Source of the DNA: Podarcis tiliguerta
Lineage: Eukaryota
Reading direction: 5' to 3' (one strand)
Length of the DNA: 64,000 nucleotides
NCBI GenBank assembly: GCA_965153285.1
Contig: OZ229110.1
Made by a program: the position numbers and the translations under genes
The notes under the pieces: model-generated
Database searches by the model: none
What the model was told of the DNA's origin: nothing
Seen by the model: only the letters and a program-made list of their open reading frames with translations
Part shown: positions 10,713-23,852 of the stretch, piece after piece
How positions within the stretch are numbered: the first letter of the stretch is position 1
Layout: the number at the start of each line of letters is the position of its first letter

Positions 10713-11964
10713 CTGTTGCAGAAAGAAAAGAAAGATGAAAAGAGAGAAGAGGATATTAGCTACCATTTAGAAAAAGGATGAGGAGCAATCAGACCATATG
10801 AATGGTCAAATAGAAAGGGGGAAATCACTGTGCTTCTGTTGCCACAGTTGTAGTCGAGTTAGCTATTTGCTGCCTGAATTAATTGAGTAGTTCAAACTGA
10901 AAAGTTTATTATGAGTCTTATTATCTGCGCTTCAAATTTTGTGGAAAAAATATAATTTACCCCTAATCAAAAAATAATAAGGTTATTTGCAAGAAGTTGA
11001 GGATAACACCAGAACAATTTTGCAGTTGATTAAAATATATGATGATGAATTCTTGCCTCTCTGTTTTGATGCCTGGGATTATAATTAAGAATGACTTGGC
11101 AGGTCTTCATATGATCTCTAAATGACAATGACATTATCATCAATGCAGGGCTTTATTATACGGCTGTTATTCTCAGAATTTTTATAAGGCTAAGAAAAAT
11201 GAAGTCACATTTTCATTTAAAATGCCATTTGCCAAAGACGTTCACTAGAAATATATGTTTTTAATCAGCAATAGGACACCATCCTATGTGCTGTAGAGTA
11301 CCTGCCTTATTTTCTGTTTCAAAGAAAATATAAAGTGTTCTGTCAAGCTGTCAGGGGACTGTGCATCGGTACAGCACTCTTACAACCCTGATGGAGAGAT
11401 ATATAAAGACAGGAGGGCTCTGTTTGTGTGTGCGTATCTACATGTTCTTAGCTGTTCAACATACGGATGTCACTGTCAGCTTTGACACTATCAATCAGTT
11501 GTTTATTACTGCACATACAGTTCTCAGTCCACGGTTAAGCGCTAAAAGCAATCTGGAATTGAGAGAGAGGAACTAGCTCTTTCCAGCTAACCTACCCTAT
11601 CAGAGAGCAAAGCGCCGAAAGAGGGGTCTGTCCACTTGCCATTCCATACCTCAAATTGCTACTCATCAGTGAGTTCTGTCTTGGCACAATACCACTGGAT
11701 CTGCTGAGCTCCAAGATGAAGGGACACTTTCCTTGCTTTCAGGGATGTCCAAGGGCTTCTTAATGCTTGCGGAGATGGCCGAAAATCACTGGGTGTCATG
11801 TAAAAATTGAAGGTTTTCCTCCTGTCCATTTTGTTCAAATCTTGGGATCATTGTTTTTGAATGTTCCAAGCCCTACCTATGCAGAAAGTTACTCCATTAT
11901 GAAGATTTCTCTGGTTCTCTGGTTTGCATTTCTTAACCTGAAATAAGATGACGGTGATGATTAA

Positions 11965-12325
11965 ATTTATTGCCTGCCCTTCAGCAGCAGGTTGCAGGGC
12001 AGACTACAGCAATATAAAATTCTGAATTAAAAACAGCAAAACAAAATTACACTCACAGGAATAGGGTTGTCCTGAAAACACACATCTCAGGTGTCAAAAG
12101 CAAGAGTAAAGAGTTGTGTCTTCAGCATATGCCAAAAGCAATTGTAGTGAAGGTGCCAGACACATATTTATGGGGAGGGAATTCAGCAACTTAGAGGCTG
12201 CCACAGATAATGTCCTCTTCTAGACCACCACCACACACACAAAAATTCTGAGAGTGGCAAAACTACCAAGAGCGTTCCCTCTGCTGATCTTAACACCCAA
12301 GAGAGTCCATAGGGAAAGGGGTGGT
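11965..12325 (-). mobile_element. L2 LINE 3' fragment (degenerate)
   Basis: Reptile L2-like segments (GAAGGTGCCAG...GGGGAGGGAATTC...GGCTGCCACAGA), similar to 32885-33530. Confidence 0.6.
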
Positions 12326-13268
12326 CTCTCTCTCTCTCTCTCTTTCTCTCATTATATAGATAAATTACTAGGTTAGTATACTGGGGTGAATTATTGTCAA
12401 TCTATTTGGAAAATATTGCCAGTGTCCATTGGATTAAATAATGCCTAGTAAAGCACATTACCTGTCAATGATTAGCTGAACCTTTTAACAATATAAAAAT
12501 TAACATCTATTTCCAAATATCAAGCAACTCCCTTTATGCTGTTCATGTGCTTTCTGCATCCAAAGCAGGGAAACATCAAAGCTTAACATCGTGGAGAGGG
12601 GAACCATGGGAATGACTGCCAGTGGAATTAATTTTCTGCCATTTCCCATTCTTAGCATGTGTTCCTCGGATGCTGAAACATAATGTCATTTTATGTAGTT
12701 GTACAAATCCCAAGACTGGATGCATTTCATGTTACTTTTACCAATTATGACAATTTCACATTTTCATCAGAAAATGGATTTCATGCTGATTTGAGTGATC
12801 TTATGAGGTTGTTTGGGGGGATCACTGTGTGAATTTGAAATGGCTTGTGTTTAACCTTTGCTTCTGCAAACACTATGGAGAGACTGGAAGAGGCTGCAGA
12901 GACTTTTTAAAAGAAGAAGAAGAGAATTAATATAACTCACACATAACCATGCAGAGCAAGAATACTTTTGTGAAAGAGATGCAATCTCACAAATCCCACA
13001 AACTTTTCAGTCTTCAGTCTCTAGCTCTAAATCACTTAAGCTCTTCCACACTAATTGGCAGGTGTGAAGTGAGGCCTCAACATGCATGTACTGCTCCCTG
13101 TTTCACAAGAACTGTCTCATTCATTGTAGCAGATCAAGTCTGCAGAGCTTTGAGCCACCAACCAGAGCACCCCAGAGCCACGTAGTCATGCATCCCAGCC
13201 TTTAGACCTGGGAGGGCAGAACAAACCCTTGTTGGCTGTGTTCAGTTTAACAGGACACAAGGAAGGGT

Positions 13269-13616
13269 GGGACATGGGTGGCGCTGTGGGCTAAACCACA
13301 GAGCCTAGAGCTCACTGATCAGAAGGTTGGAGGTTCGAATCCCCACGATGGGGTGAGCTCCCATTGTTTGGTCCCAGCTCCTGCCAACCTAGCAGTTTGA
13401 AAGCACAAAGTACAAGTAGATAAATAGGTACTGCTCTGACGGGAAGGTAAACAGCATTTCTATGCACTGCTCTGGTTCGCCAGAAGTGGCTTAGTCATGC
13501 TGGCCACATGACCTGAAAGCCGTGCACCAGCTCCCTCGGCCAGTAAAGTGAGATGAGCACCACAACCCCAGAGTGGTCTGCGACTGAATCTAATAGTCAG
13601 GGGTCCCTTTACCTTT
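13269..13616 (+). mobile_element. Sauria SINE (Squam1-type), full length
   Basis: Head GGGACATGGGTGGCGCTGTGG, B-box GGTTCGAATCC, tail CCCTTTACCTTT; 10-bp TSD AAGGAAGGGT (13259-13268, 13617-13626). Confidence 0.92.
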
Positions 13617-14897
13617 AAGGAAGGGTACCTTAGCACATCTGTTAAATTCTACTGGAGGAAGCCCAAAGCTGACTTATCACATCACTAGTTTATCTAACCT
13701 GGAAATTGATCCCACGACTTCTTGGATTCAAAGCATCTGTTCTATTGCCTGATAAGACTTCTCCCTAGGTGAATGCAAAGCAGATGGACCTAAGGCTCTC
13801 AGAATGCCTATTTTCAAAGCAATGTGTTGGTTCCAATTATGATTCTATCATTGTGTAAGATTAATAATGAAACAATCTCCTTGTGTTCCAGTGTCATTGC
13901 TTAAATACCTGAAGCACAAGTCACCTTCTTTTCCAGAACTGAATGCATTTGTGTCTTCATCCCTCCACTAATTCCTTTAAACTGACAGTTATATTATGGA
14001 TTTAGCCAATCCTGCATTTTTTTCTCAGATAAAAGAATATGCATTGTAAATTAAGGCTTTCTAGGCTGAGATAATCAAAATCCAGGGATGCAACAGTTGA
14101 GTAACTGAAAAATCAATTTGGAATTACATTACTTCTTAGGGAGGGGGTTTGTTAGTCTGTTTGTTTACTCTTCATTGGAGACATTCTTATCTAAATAACA
14201 AGTCCTCTTGAGAATTGCAGTTTGGGACAGTTATTGGTTTAGTATAATTTACAATGTATGAGTTTGAGCTCTGTTAAACCAACAATATATCAAACTTATT
14301 AGAAGCAACATAAAAGTCAAAAGTTTGATATAAAGATTCAATGGTTAAATCAGCAATGAATTGACAGAATTCTTCAAATATTCATTTAATCGGGACTTTA
14401 TTATATTGTTGAAGAAATTAAATGAAATTGTTTTGAGTCACTTTGAGAGAGACCCTCAGGCAGCATAAAATGATATTTTCATTGTTTTTTAGTGAATTTA
14501 ATGATGCCATTTGCTAAGGAAGGTGGTTATTAATAGGAAAGAGTTTCCATATTAAGCTCCTACACTTTTGGCCAATCTTTAGGCCATCTCAGACATGTAA
14601 AAATAAGGAATCATGGGACACCTCATACTGTAAGCAGAGGATTGTATATTTAAATGCTCCTTCGTATTACAAAAAAGATAGAATGTGAACAGAAAGTATG
14701 TCAATGTATGCTTACTTTTGCTAAAATACTCATTTGATATGTTAGCTTCCCAAGTGAAGAGACATATGTGACGATTCCAGTCTGGAACACCTGGATAGCT
14801 CAGTTGGTTAGAATCCCTTACCTACAATCTGTAGTGGCGCTATAGTAATGTACCTGCACACATTTGAAGCAGAATCTGAGAGCCGGTGTGGTATAGC

Positions 14898-15211
14898 CAA
14901 GGCTGGATTAAGACCTTTAGAGGCCCTAAACACTTAAAAGTTTTTGAGGGCCCCATATATATCTAACTCAAAATATAAACAATAATAAAACATAAAATAA
15001 TATTATTGTTTTTTGAAATGAAGTAAAACCTACAGTAAGATGGAAAATAATGTTTGTTCTTCTATACTTCCATTTTATTTATACTTGAAAAAAATTATCC
15101 TACGTTTTCTAATTGCAATGTCCATGGTAAATTCGGCAATGGAAAATTCGTCCCCCTTCCCTTGATGCCCTAAGCATATGCTTATTTTGCTTAAGGGTTA
15201 ATTCAGCCCTG
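14898..15211. mobile_element. hAT MITE inserted in an older MIR-like SINE
   Basis: TIRs CAAGGCTGGATTAA / TTAATTCAGCCCTG; TSD GGTATAGC/GGTACAGC; the flanks rejoin into a MIR-like head (about 14878-15290). Confidence 0.8.
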
Positions 15212-15316
15212 GGTACAGCCACTAGAGTATTTGACTGGGACCTGGCAGACTAAGGTTCTAATCCCCACTCAGCCAAGAAACTCATCATTGTCTCTCAGCC
15301 TAACATTCATCTAGAG

Positions 15317-15410
15317 CAGGCATAGCCAAACTTGGCCCTCCAGCTGTTTTGGGACTATAATTCCTACCATCCCTGACCACTGGTCCTGTCAGCTAGGGAT
15401 GGCAGGAATG
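15317..15410. mobile_element. Truncated URR1-like hAT MITE
   Basis: Matches the complete copy at 40330-40465; only one end is present. Confidence 0.65.
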
Positions 15411-16139
15411 GCACGATATAAAATTAGAAATAAATATATAAATTTAGAAAAGTCCTTTAAAAATACTGTCGTGTCTGGGCTTCAATAAAGTTTTTTTTCT
15501 TTTCTTTTACCGTTGAATTTGAAAGAACAAATAGCAGAAGGTAATCACAGAGCCCAAGGAAAACCTTTGCGGCTTTCACCAAGCTTCCATAGATAGTTGT
15601 GAGGGATAAATTCAGTTCTGGCTCCCAGGGTTGTTGTCTATTTGTGGGGGCAGGGGCAAACACTTGAGCAATATACTCTCAGTGGCATGGTCAGCCCACC
15701 CATGAGGCAAGATGAGGCGACCGCTTCAGGTGGCAGGATGCACTGGGGCAGCAGATCCCAATGTAGATATTTATTCAGTGCCAGCCCACCCATGAGGCAA
15801 GGTAAGGTGACTGCTTCAGGTGTCAGGATTCACCAGGGCAGCAGATTCCAGTGTCAATCTTCCCTCACCCATTGTTTCTGATGTAGACCTTCCCATTTCT
15901 TCCCTGGAATAGGAGAACAATTTGGGGGTCTGCCTCAATTTGGAGGTCTGCCAAAATGTCTTGGGCTGGCCCTGCTCAATGGGATCCCCTCTGTCTGTGA
16001 GTTTACCCCCACATTGCCATGGTTACCAGCTGCTTATGCTCTTCTGCCTCATCATTGCTGTTACCTGCTTGCTTGCCAGCAATGTACCAGTGATTTAGCC
16101 TTTGTTACAACCCTTCCTTAACACCACTGTTGTTGATGT

Positions 16140-18951
16140 TGAGCTTGAGCTCTTGGTACAGCAAACTAAATATGACATAATAGGCATCACTGAAACCTGG
16201 TGGGATAAGTCCCACGATTGGAATGTAAAAATGGAGGGATACAATCTATTTCAGAGAAACAGACCAGACAAGAAAGGAGGAGGGGTGGCGTTATATGTCA
16301 GGGATGTGTATACCTGTGAAGAGATCCAAGATTTAGAACCTCAAAGCCAAAGTGAGAGCATTTGGGTCAAAATTAAGGGAGAGAAGAATAATAGTGACCT
16401 CATTGTGGGAGTTTACTATAGATCCCCAAGCCAAACGGAGGACATAGATGATGCCTTCCTGGAACAGATGGCCAAGCATGCAAAAGGAAGGGAGATAGTA
16501 GTAATGGGGGACTTCAATTACCCAGATATTTGTTGGATGTCAAACTCAGCCAAGAGCATAAGGTCAAACAGATTCCTCACTGGCCTTGCAGACAACTTCA
16601 TTGTCCAGAAAGTGGGAGAAGCAACAAGAGGAACAGCCATTTTAGATCTGGTCCTAACCAATGTCGATGACCTGGTTAATGGGGTAGAAGTGGAAGGATC
16701 ATTAGGCGCAAGTGATCATGCTCTTCTGAAGTTTACTATACAACGGAAAGGAGCAGCCAAGCATACTAGGACTCAATTTCTTGACTTTAAGAAAGCCGAC
16801 TTCATAAAACTTAGGGAAGTGCTGGGTGAGATCCCATGGACAGTAATACTAAAAGGAAAGGGAGTTCATGATGGCTGGGAGTTTGTTAAGAGGGAGATAG
16901 TAAAAGCACAACTTCAGGCAATACCAATGAGACGGAAACATGGAAGGTGCCTAAAGAAGCCAGGGTGGCTATCTAAAGAACTTTTAACTGAGTTAAGATT
17001 AAAAAAGGATATGTACAAAAAATGGAAAAGGGGGGAAACCACCAAAGAGGAATTCAAACAAATAGCCAGCACGTGTAGACACAAAGTCAGAAAAGCTAAA
17101 GCACAGAATGAACTCAGGCTTGCTAGAGAGGTTAAAAGCAACAAAAAAGGCTTCTATGGGTATGTTCGTAGCAAAAGGAAGAACAAAGAAACAGTGGGGT
17201 CACTCAGAGGAGAAGATGGTGAAATGCAAACAGGGGACACAGAAAGGGCTGAACTCCTCAATGCCTTCTTTGCCTCAGTCTTCTCCGATAAAGAAAACAA
17301 TGCCCGACCTGAAGAATTTGGAGGAAATGATTCAGCAGAGGAAACACAGCCCAGAATAACTAAGGAGATAGTACAAGAATACTTGGCTAGTTTAGATGTA
17401 TTCAAGTCTCCAGGGCCAGATGAACTGCATCCAAGAGTATTAAAAGAACTGGCAGATGTGATCTCAGAACCACTGGCAGTCATCTTTGAGAATTCCTGGA
17501 GAACAGGCGAAGTCCCGGCAGACTGGAGGAGGGCAAATGTTGTCCCTATTTTCAAAAAGGGGAAAAGAGAGGACCCAAATAATTACCGCCCAGTCAGTCT
17601 AACATCAATACCGGGGAAGATTCTGGAGCAGATCATTAAGCAAACAATCTGTGAGCACCTAGAAAGGAATGCTGTGATCACCAATAGTCAGCATGGATTT
17701 CTGAAAAATAAGTCATGTCAGACTAACCTGATCTCATTTTTTGACAGAATTACAAGCCTGGTAGATGAAGGGAACGCAGTGGATGTAGTCTACCTTGATT
17801 TCAGCAAGGCATTTGACAAGGTGCCCCATGATATCCTTGTAAAGAAGCTGGTAAAATGCGGTCTTGACTATGCTACCACTCAGTGGATTTGTAACTGGCT
17901 GACTGACCAAACCCAAAGGGTGCTCATCAATGGTTCCTCTTCATCCTGGAGAAGAGTGACTAGTGGGGTGCCACAGGGTTCTGTCTTGGGCCCGGTCTTA
18001 TTCAACATCTTTATCAACGACTTGGATGATGGACTCAAGGGCATCCTGATCAAATTTGCAGATGACACCAAACTGGGAGGGGTGGCTAACACCCCAGAAG
18101 ACAGGATCACACTTCAAAACGACCTTGACAGATTAGAGAACTGGGCCAAAACAAACAAGATGAATTTTAACAGGGAGAAATGTAAAGTATTGCACTTGGG
18201 CAAAAAAAATGAGAGGCACAAATACAAGATGGGTGACACCTGGCTTGAGAGCAGTACATGTGAAAGGGATCTAGGAGTCTTGGTTGACCACAAACTTGAA
18301 ATGAGCCAACAGTGTGACGCGGCAGCTAAAAAAGCCAATGCAATTCTGGGCTGCATCAATAGGAGTATAGCATCTAGATCAAGGGAAGTTATAGTGCCAC
18401 TGTATTCTGCTCTGGTCAGACCTCACCTGGAGTACTGTGTCCAGTTCTGGGCACCACAGTTCAAGAAGGACACTGACAAACTAGAACGTGTACAGAGGAG
18501 GGCAACCAAAATGGTCAAAGGCCTGGAAACAATGCCTTATGAGGATCGGCTAAGGGAGCTGGGCATGTTTAGCCTGGAGAAGAGGAGGTTAAGGGGTGAT
18601 ATGATAGCCATGTTCAAATATATAAAAGGATGTCACATAGAGGAGGGAGAAAGGTTGTTTTCTGCTGCTCCAGAGAAGCGGGCACGGAGCAATGGATACA
18701 AACTACAAGAAAGAAGATTCCACCTAAACATTAGGAAGAACTTCCTGACAGTAAGAGCTGTTCGACAGTGGAATTTGCTGCCAAGGAGTGTGGTGGAGTC
18801 TCCTTCTTTGGAGGTCTTTAAGCAGAGGCTTGACAACCATATGTCAGGAGTGCTCTGATGGTGTTTCCTGCTTGGCAGGGGGTTGGACTCGATGACCCTT
18901 GTGGTCTCTTCCAGCTCTATGATTCTATGATTCTATGATTCTATGATTCTA
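16140..18951 (+). mobile_element. Young 5'-truncated CR1 LINE
   Basis: Uninterrupted ORF2, 3'UTR and a long (ATTCTATG)n tail; possible short TSD TGATGT (16134-16139, 18952-18957). Confidence 0.97.
16141..18858 (+). CDS. CR1 ORF2 (APE endonuclease + reverse transcriptase), extreme N-terminus missing
   Basis: EN motifs [27 protein letters not shown]; RT motifs [35 protein letters not shown]; no stops or frameshifts over about 905 codons. Confidence 0.93.
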   Translation, partial: ELELLVQQTKYDIIGITETWWDKSHDWNVKMEGYNLFQRNRPDKKGGGVALYVRDVYTCEEIQDLEPQSQSESIWVKIKGEKNNSDLIVGVYYRSPSQTEDIDDAFLEQMAKHAKGREIVVMGDFNYPDICWMSNSAKSIRSNRFLTGLADNFIVQKVGEATRGTAILDLVLTNVDDLVNGVEVEGSLGASDHALLKFTIQRKGAAKHTRTQFLDFKKADFIKLREVLGEIPWTVILKGKGVHDGWEFVKREIVKAQLQAIPMRRKHGRCLKKPGWLSKELLTELRLKKDMYKKWKRGETTKEEFKQIASTCRHKVRKAKAQNELRLAREVKSNKKGFYGYVRSKRKNKETVGSLRGEDGEMQTGDTERAELLNAFFASVFSDKENNARPEEFGGNDSAEETQPRITKEIVQEYLASLDVFKSPGPDELHPRVLKELADVISEPLAVIFENSWRTGEVPADWRRANVVPIFKKGKREDPNNYRPVSLTSIPGKILEQIIKQTICEHLERNAVITNSQHGFLKNKSCQTNLISFFDRITSLVDEGNAVDVVYLDFSKAFDKVPHDILVKKLVKCGLDYATTQWICNWLTDQTQRVLINGSSSSWRRVTSGVPQGSVLGPVLFNIFINDLDDGLKGILIKFADDTKLGGVANTPEDRITLQNDLDRLENWAKTNKMNFNREKCKVLHLGKKNERHKYKMGDTWLESSTCERDLGVLVDHKLEMSQQCDAAAKKANAILGCINRSIASRSREVIVPLYSALVRPHLEYCVQFWAPQFKKDTDKLERVQRRATKMVKGLETMPYEDRLRELGMFSLEKRRLRGDMIAMFKYIKGCHIEEGERLFSAAPEKRARSNGYKLQERRFHLNIRKNFLTVRAVRQWNLLPRSVVESPSLEVFKQRLDNHMSGVL

Positions 18952-19610
18952 TGATGTCCAGTTTCTCTGGGCGAAGAAATAGGCAAATAAAATGGAGTGA
19001 ATTGGGATTATGCTTTAATTTAAAGGCTGGAGTTCCAATGCCTTCGTAAAAGTAGTCAGCTTGCCTTACTTTCTGACGATAATCACATAATAAATTTCTT
19101 TCAGCCTTACAGTAGTTCTTTTAGAAAGGTTTCTGGTCACAGATTAGACTACTGGATAGTCTCTTAAAAGAATTACGCTTTTGCAATATAAAAGAATTTC
19201 TGCAGTATAGGTCAAGACAGAACATAATAAGTTCTTTTCCAGAAGCCATTAAAGGATAATGCAGATATTCTTAAATAGCATAATATGCTGACAGCAGGAA
19301 TAAGATATAAATCCCTTTTGCATACATTATGCAAAAATGTACCACAATACGTGTAGGATGCAGCAATGAGCCTCTGATATAATGTGCTCACCACCAGTTA
19401 TACAAAATAAGTACGTAATATCACAGAGCAGTGAACATAGGAATCAATGCATTTAAAATGATAATGGAAGATAGCTAAAAATTGATAAATAGGAAACATG
19501 CAAATGGTGAGATATATTTGCAGCCTAAGCTGTCCAGGGCTGTCCTATTCACTCTCTGGCAGCTATACATTAACATTCTTCCACTTCTAATACATTGTTC
19601 AACCAACCAA

Positions 19611-19890
19611 CCAGAGAAGCGGACACGGAGCAATGGATCCAAACTACAAGAAAGAAGATTCCACCTAAACATTAGGAAGAACTTCCTGACAGTAAGAGCT
19701 GTTCGACAGTGGAATTTGCTGCCAAGGAGTGTGGTGGAGTCTCCTTCTTTGGAGGTCTTTAAGCAGAGGCTTGACAACCATATGTCAGGAGTGCTCTGAT
19801 GGTGTTTCCTGCTTGGCAGGGGGTTGGACTCGATGGCCCTTGTGGTCTCTTCCAACTCTATGATTCTATGATTCTATGATTCTATGATTC
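19611..19890 (+). mobile_element. Young CR1 3' fragment
   Basis: Near-identical to about 18670-18950; (ATTCTATG)n tail. Confidence 0.95.
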
Positions 19891-20153
19891 TAAGTATCTG
19901 CTTGTCTGATGGGTTTTCTTTCTGTTCTAAAACATACCTTATGCTGCTCCTCTCCGTCCCTTGGAGCAAACATCTGTTTCAGTCAAAGGACAGCATTTGT
20001 TCCCCAGCTACATCTCACCACAGTCAGGGAGATGCGAGATCAAAACGCCCAGCTCCACCAACCCACCATCCCCACATTCAACATGTGTCAAAAGACAATC
20101 CCTCATGTTGAAACATTCTATGCGTGTTTCTGATATGTGCTGAATGCCTGCAG

Positions 20154-20557
20154 CAGGAGTCAGCAAACTTTTTCATCAGGGGGCCGATCCACTGTCCCTC
20201 AGACCTTGTGGGGGGCCGGACTATATTTTGGGGGGGAAATGAAGAAAGAGCACCATGAACCCTGGTGGCTGTTTACCTGTGTCTTGCGAGCAGCAGGGGC
20301 TGGCGGTGGCTGAGGGATGGTGAGCAAAAGGGCTCCGGAGAGGGGCTGCTGGCACCAACAAAGCCCAGCCCCCTTCCTCCTCTAGGCAGGAGGAGGGAGG
20401 GAGGAGGCACCACTGCCACTTTGTGAGGGAGAGGGAGGGAGAGGGAAAGAATGTGTGCACTGGTGATCCACACAGCGATTCCCGGAGCATCTGCAGGCCA
20501 GATCCAGGAGGCAATTGGGCCTGATCCGGCCCACAGCCCTTAGTTTGCCGACCCATG
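20154..20557. mobile_element. hAT MITE (same family as 786-1008, opposite orientation)
   Basis: Ends CAGGAGTCAGCAAACT / AGTTTGCCGACCCATG; shared subterminal sequence; TSD decayed. Confidence 0.8.
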
Positions 20558-20696
20558 GCCCAGACTTTACCGATGGACTCATCTGAGCCCATAGTGAGGC
20601 CATTGTAGTATTGACATATCTGATTTCTCTGCATTGAAGGAATGGCAGCAAACCAGTGTTGTGCTGAGTAGCTAGCTGAAAACAGTCAGGTGGAAG

Positions 20697-21294
20697 TAGG
20701 ATTGCCACACATCTGCATTTTGCCAAACACGCCCTCTGATCGCTCCCCCCCCCATTTGCTTTCTCTCCTGCTTCATTCCCTTGCCCCCACCCCAGCTCTC
20801 CCCTCTCCTCCTCCGGACCCTCTTCCTTTCCTTTCCTTTCCTTTCCTCTCTCTCCTTCTGCCAGGATCCCTCTTCCATTCTCACCCCTTTCTTCACTTCC
20901 CTGACTCCCTTGTCCCTCCGAGGTCTTCATTCTCACCTCCTGCTCCATCGCCCAGTGTGTCCTCCCCCCCCTTCCAAATCCAGAGTCCTACTCCCTTCAC
21001 TACAGTGACTGTTCAGTCTCTGCTGAGTGAGTGAGAGAGTGGGAGCCTCTGTCCATTTCTTTAAACCTCTCTCTGCTCTCTGCTCATGTTTTAGGGCCGT
21101 AGCTCGGTGTCAGAGCATCTGCTCCAATGCAGAAGGCCCCCAATTTGATCCCTGGCATCTCCAGATGGAGCTGGGAGAGAAAAGAGAGAGGGACTGGGAG
21201 AGCGGCTACCTGAAACCCTGGAGAGTTGGTGCCAGTCAGTGTAGAAGTTGGCAAATATGTCCTCTTTTTTGCTCTTCAAAGTATGGCAACCCTA
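20697..21294. mobile_element. hAT-like element (TAGGGTTGCCA TIR type) containing a pyrimidine-rich tract and a tRNA-SINE
   Basis: Ends TAGGATTGCCA / TGGCAACCCTA; degenerate TSD GGTGGAAG/GCTGGGAG; Squam3-like SINE at about 21093-21245. Confidence 0.6.
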
Positions 21295-21972
21295 GCTGGG
21301 AGGCAATTTCAAATGAAGAAATGGTGAGCCGGAAGGGGACATTTCTCCCTTATTATTTTTTAGATCTCAGGACAATTCACAACATAACATCATGTCTTTG
21401 AAATCCTGTATTTATTTTATTACTATTATTTACATGTGGTAAGTCACTTTGGGCGCAATTTTGTGGGAAAGTGAAATACAAATAAATAAATTAATTAAAG
21501 GGTGAATAGATGTTTCCTCTTGAAACTGCCCCACCCATGCACCCTGCTACTTTACAAACCTATGCTCTCAAACACAGTTTGATACCATAATGTTTCATTA
21601 TTGTAGAAATAAATATGGCCCCTTTTTTTGGCTTTGAATCAGAACCACCCTTTCTAACTTACTCAGTTTACTGACAGCTCTGGTAAATATGTACTCAGAT
21701 TTAATTACCTTGATGTTCTCAGCATGCAAATATCGCTGGAAACAGGCCTAAATTTAGTAGGCTAGTCAGTTTGCATATGCTTATTTTATTTTTCTTAATG
21801 CTTATGTTCTTCTGCCTGTATATTTTGTTTTACTCTGTTAAGCCAAACTACTTAACAGTACTTACTTTGCATGGGTTTAATAGTTCACATCTACATAATT
21901 CAAGCTTTAAAATGCTGGGGGTCAAATTAGTATCACCAGCTTCATCAAATGTATACATAAGTCGCATTTCCA

Positions 21973-22656
21973 CAGAGGCGCCAACTTGTGAGGGAAATTG
22001 GAGGGGGCGGCTGATGTTGTTGCATGTGTCACTACTTGGCAGGGGCTGCTTCCCCCAGCCTTCCCCTCTGGCGCAGGAGGAGGAGGGTAAGGATCCAGTC
22101 ATTAAAGCTGTGCCATGCTCAGCCCTGGTTGCTTTGAAATTTAAGGGGGCCTTGTCAGGGAACTGTCATCGGAGCTGGAGGCGGAGAGAAGGCTCCAGAG
22201 GGATGGCGGAGAGGGTCCCAGTAGGGAGAGAGACAGCCCATCCGCTGGGGAAGGAAATCAGTGTAACACCAGTGGAGAAGGGGAGCAGATGGGGGAATCG
22301 GAGAGGTGGCTCCAGGACTCCTCGCCGGAGACCAGAGGAGAGGGCACGGGCACTCCGCTGCCCACACCCTCTTTGCGCAGAAGACTTCCGCGCAGGCAGA
22401 GTAGGAGGAGATTGGGCGTCAAACAGCTTCTATGCTGGAAGAGGTTCAAGAAACGCCCACTGACGGATTCTGCCAGCGACTGAGGCAGCCACGGTACTTG
22501 AGGCTGTCCAGACAGAAAGGGTTCAACCAGGCAACCTAGCCAGGAGTAACGGAAACTTAAGCACGAGCAACTCCTAGAACCATTACAGGCCTGTCCCCCC
22601 CAAAAAAATATTGAGGAGGCCCAAAAGGATTAGGTCCCCAGGAGTTGGTGCCCCTG
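21973..22656. mobile_element. hAT MITE interrupted by a solo LTR
   Basis: TIRs CAGAGGCGCCAACT / AGTTGGTGCCCCTG; degenerate TSD CATTTCCA/CTTTCCCA. Confidence 0.7.
22153..22587. mobile_element. Solo LTR (probably Gypsy-type), 435 bp
   Basis: TG...CA termini (TGTCAGG...CATTACA); perfect 5-bp TSD GGCCT (22148-22152, 22588-22592); GC/CpG-rich. Confidence 0.75.
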
Positions 22657-22745
22657 CTTTCCCAAGTTATGCTAAAGCAGCTCACAAGAATAGCATACAA
22701 ATCATCAGTATTAAGATAAATACAACAAAAACAGATCAGTATATA

Positions 22746-22962
22746 TCATAGAATCATATAATTGTAGAGTTGGAAGGGACCCCAAGGGTCATCTAGTCCA
22801 ACCCCCTGCAATGCAGGAATCTCAGCTAAAGCATCCATGACAGATGACCATCCAACCTCTGCTTTAAAACCTCCAGCAAAGGAGAGCCCAACACCTTCAA
22901 AGGGAATTTGTTCCACTGTCGAACAGCTCTTACTGTCAGAAAGTTCTTCCTGATGTTTAATC
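22746..22962 (-). mobile_element. CR1 3' fragment
   Basis: Reverse complement of the CR1 3'UTR and tail (CATAGAATCAT...GTTGGAAGGGACC). Confidence 0.9.
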
Positions 22963-23852
22963 AATGGGGTTCTATAGAGAAATTGTATATTCTCAATGCT
23001 TGCAGTGGCAAAGAACAGGTATTGATCTCTTTAATACAGTGGCTTTCAAACTTTTTTTCTATTGGCCACACTTTCAGAATATAAATTTGCTCACACCACA
23101 CCTAATTTTTTTATTGATAAGAAATTAATTGGAAAACAAAAAGAAACTACATCTAGCAGTGCTTGATTTATAACAAGGAACACAACTACTTTATAATAAC
23201 ATCATGGGATAAAACAATGCAGCTGCATAAGAACATGGAACATTCCCTAAATATCATTATAAGCAAGTCTTCTCCAGCACTCTGTTCATACAGCGATTCT
23301 GGATCACAACTAGGATTGTCCTCAGTATCACTTAATGCACTTGCTCGCATATTGGAAAACTATCTATCCATATTCTGCAAATAAAAAATATCTTTTTGAT
23401 TCTTTAGTATACTACACTGAAATGTTTAAATGTTTATTTGATTGTCCTTGAATCTTCCCACAGCACTTTGCCATCCTACCACACCAGTGTGATGACCCAC
23501 ACCCTTTGAGAACTATTGCTTTAACAGATATATTCCAAAATACAAGAGTTATGTTTGATTTGATTTCAAGCAAGCATACTGCATTGCACAGCTTGGACTT
23601 TCTTTCTGTTTTAATAAGAATTTGGTTGCAGCCTAGTGACTTTTGGGCCTGGTGGGGCAGAAGGCAGAGCAGTCTGGCAACGCCAGGGGTAATAGTATGT
23701 GGAGCTAATGATAGATGGGGGTACTGAGAACCTGCAATCCTACACATATTCACATGAGAGAAATCCCCCCTGAACACAGTAGGACAGAATCATGAATAAA
23801 AGGCTCAGGTTTGTGATAGTCATCAGAGCTAAGTCATGTCTCATCAGTGTAA

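Noticed and set aside
13269-13345. tRNA gene
   Set aside because: The A/B boxes belong to a SINE head, followed by the SINE body, tail and TSD; no complete cloverleaf.
16102-16140. TTG start giving a 918-aa protein
   Set aside because: The first 13 codons are flanking DNA that happens to be in frame; not a eukaryotic start and not CR1 sequence.
16914-18836. Several minus-strand ORFs over the CR1 (also 33748-34988 minus and 60301-61095 plus)
   Set aside because: Antisense shadows of CR1 ORF2 that recur in each copy; no independent coding evidence.
18910-18951. Regular short repeats as a CRISPR-like array
   Set aside because: This is the (ATTCTATG)n CR1 tail; there are no spacers and the DNA is eukaryotic.
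20221-21034. Cluster of overlapping 60-190 aa ORFs
   Set aside because: They arise from GC-rich MITE sequence and a low-complexity pyrimidine tract.
21771-22463. 230-aa ORF
   Set aside because: It runs across unique DNA, a hAT MITE and an LTR; no recognisable domain.
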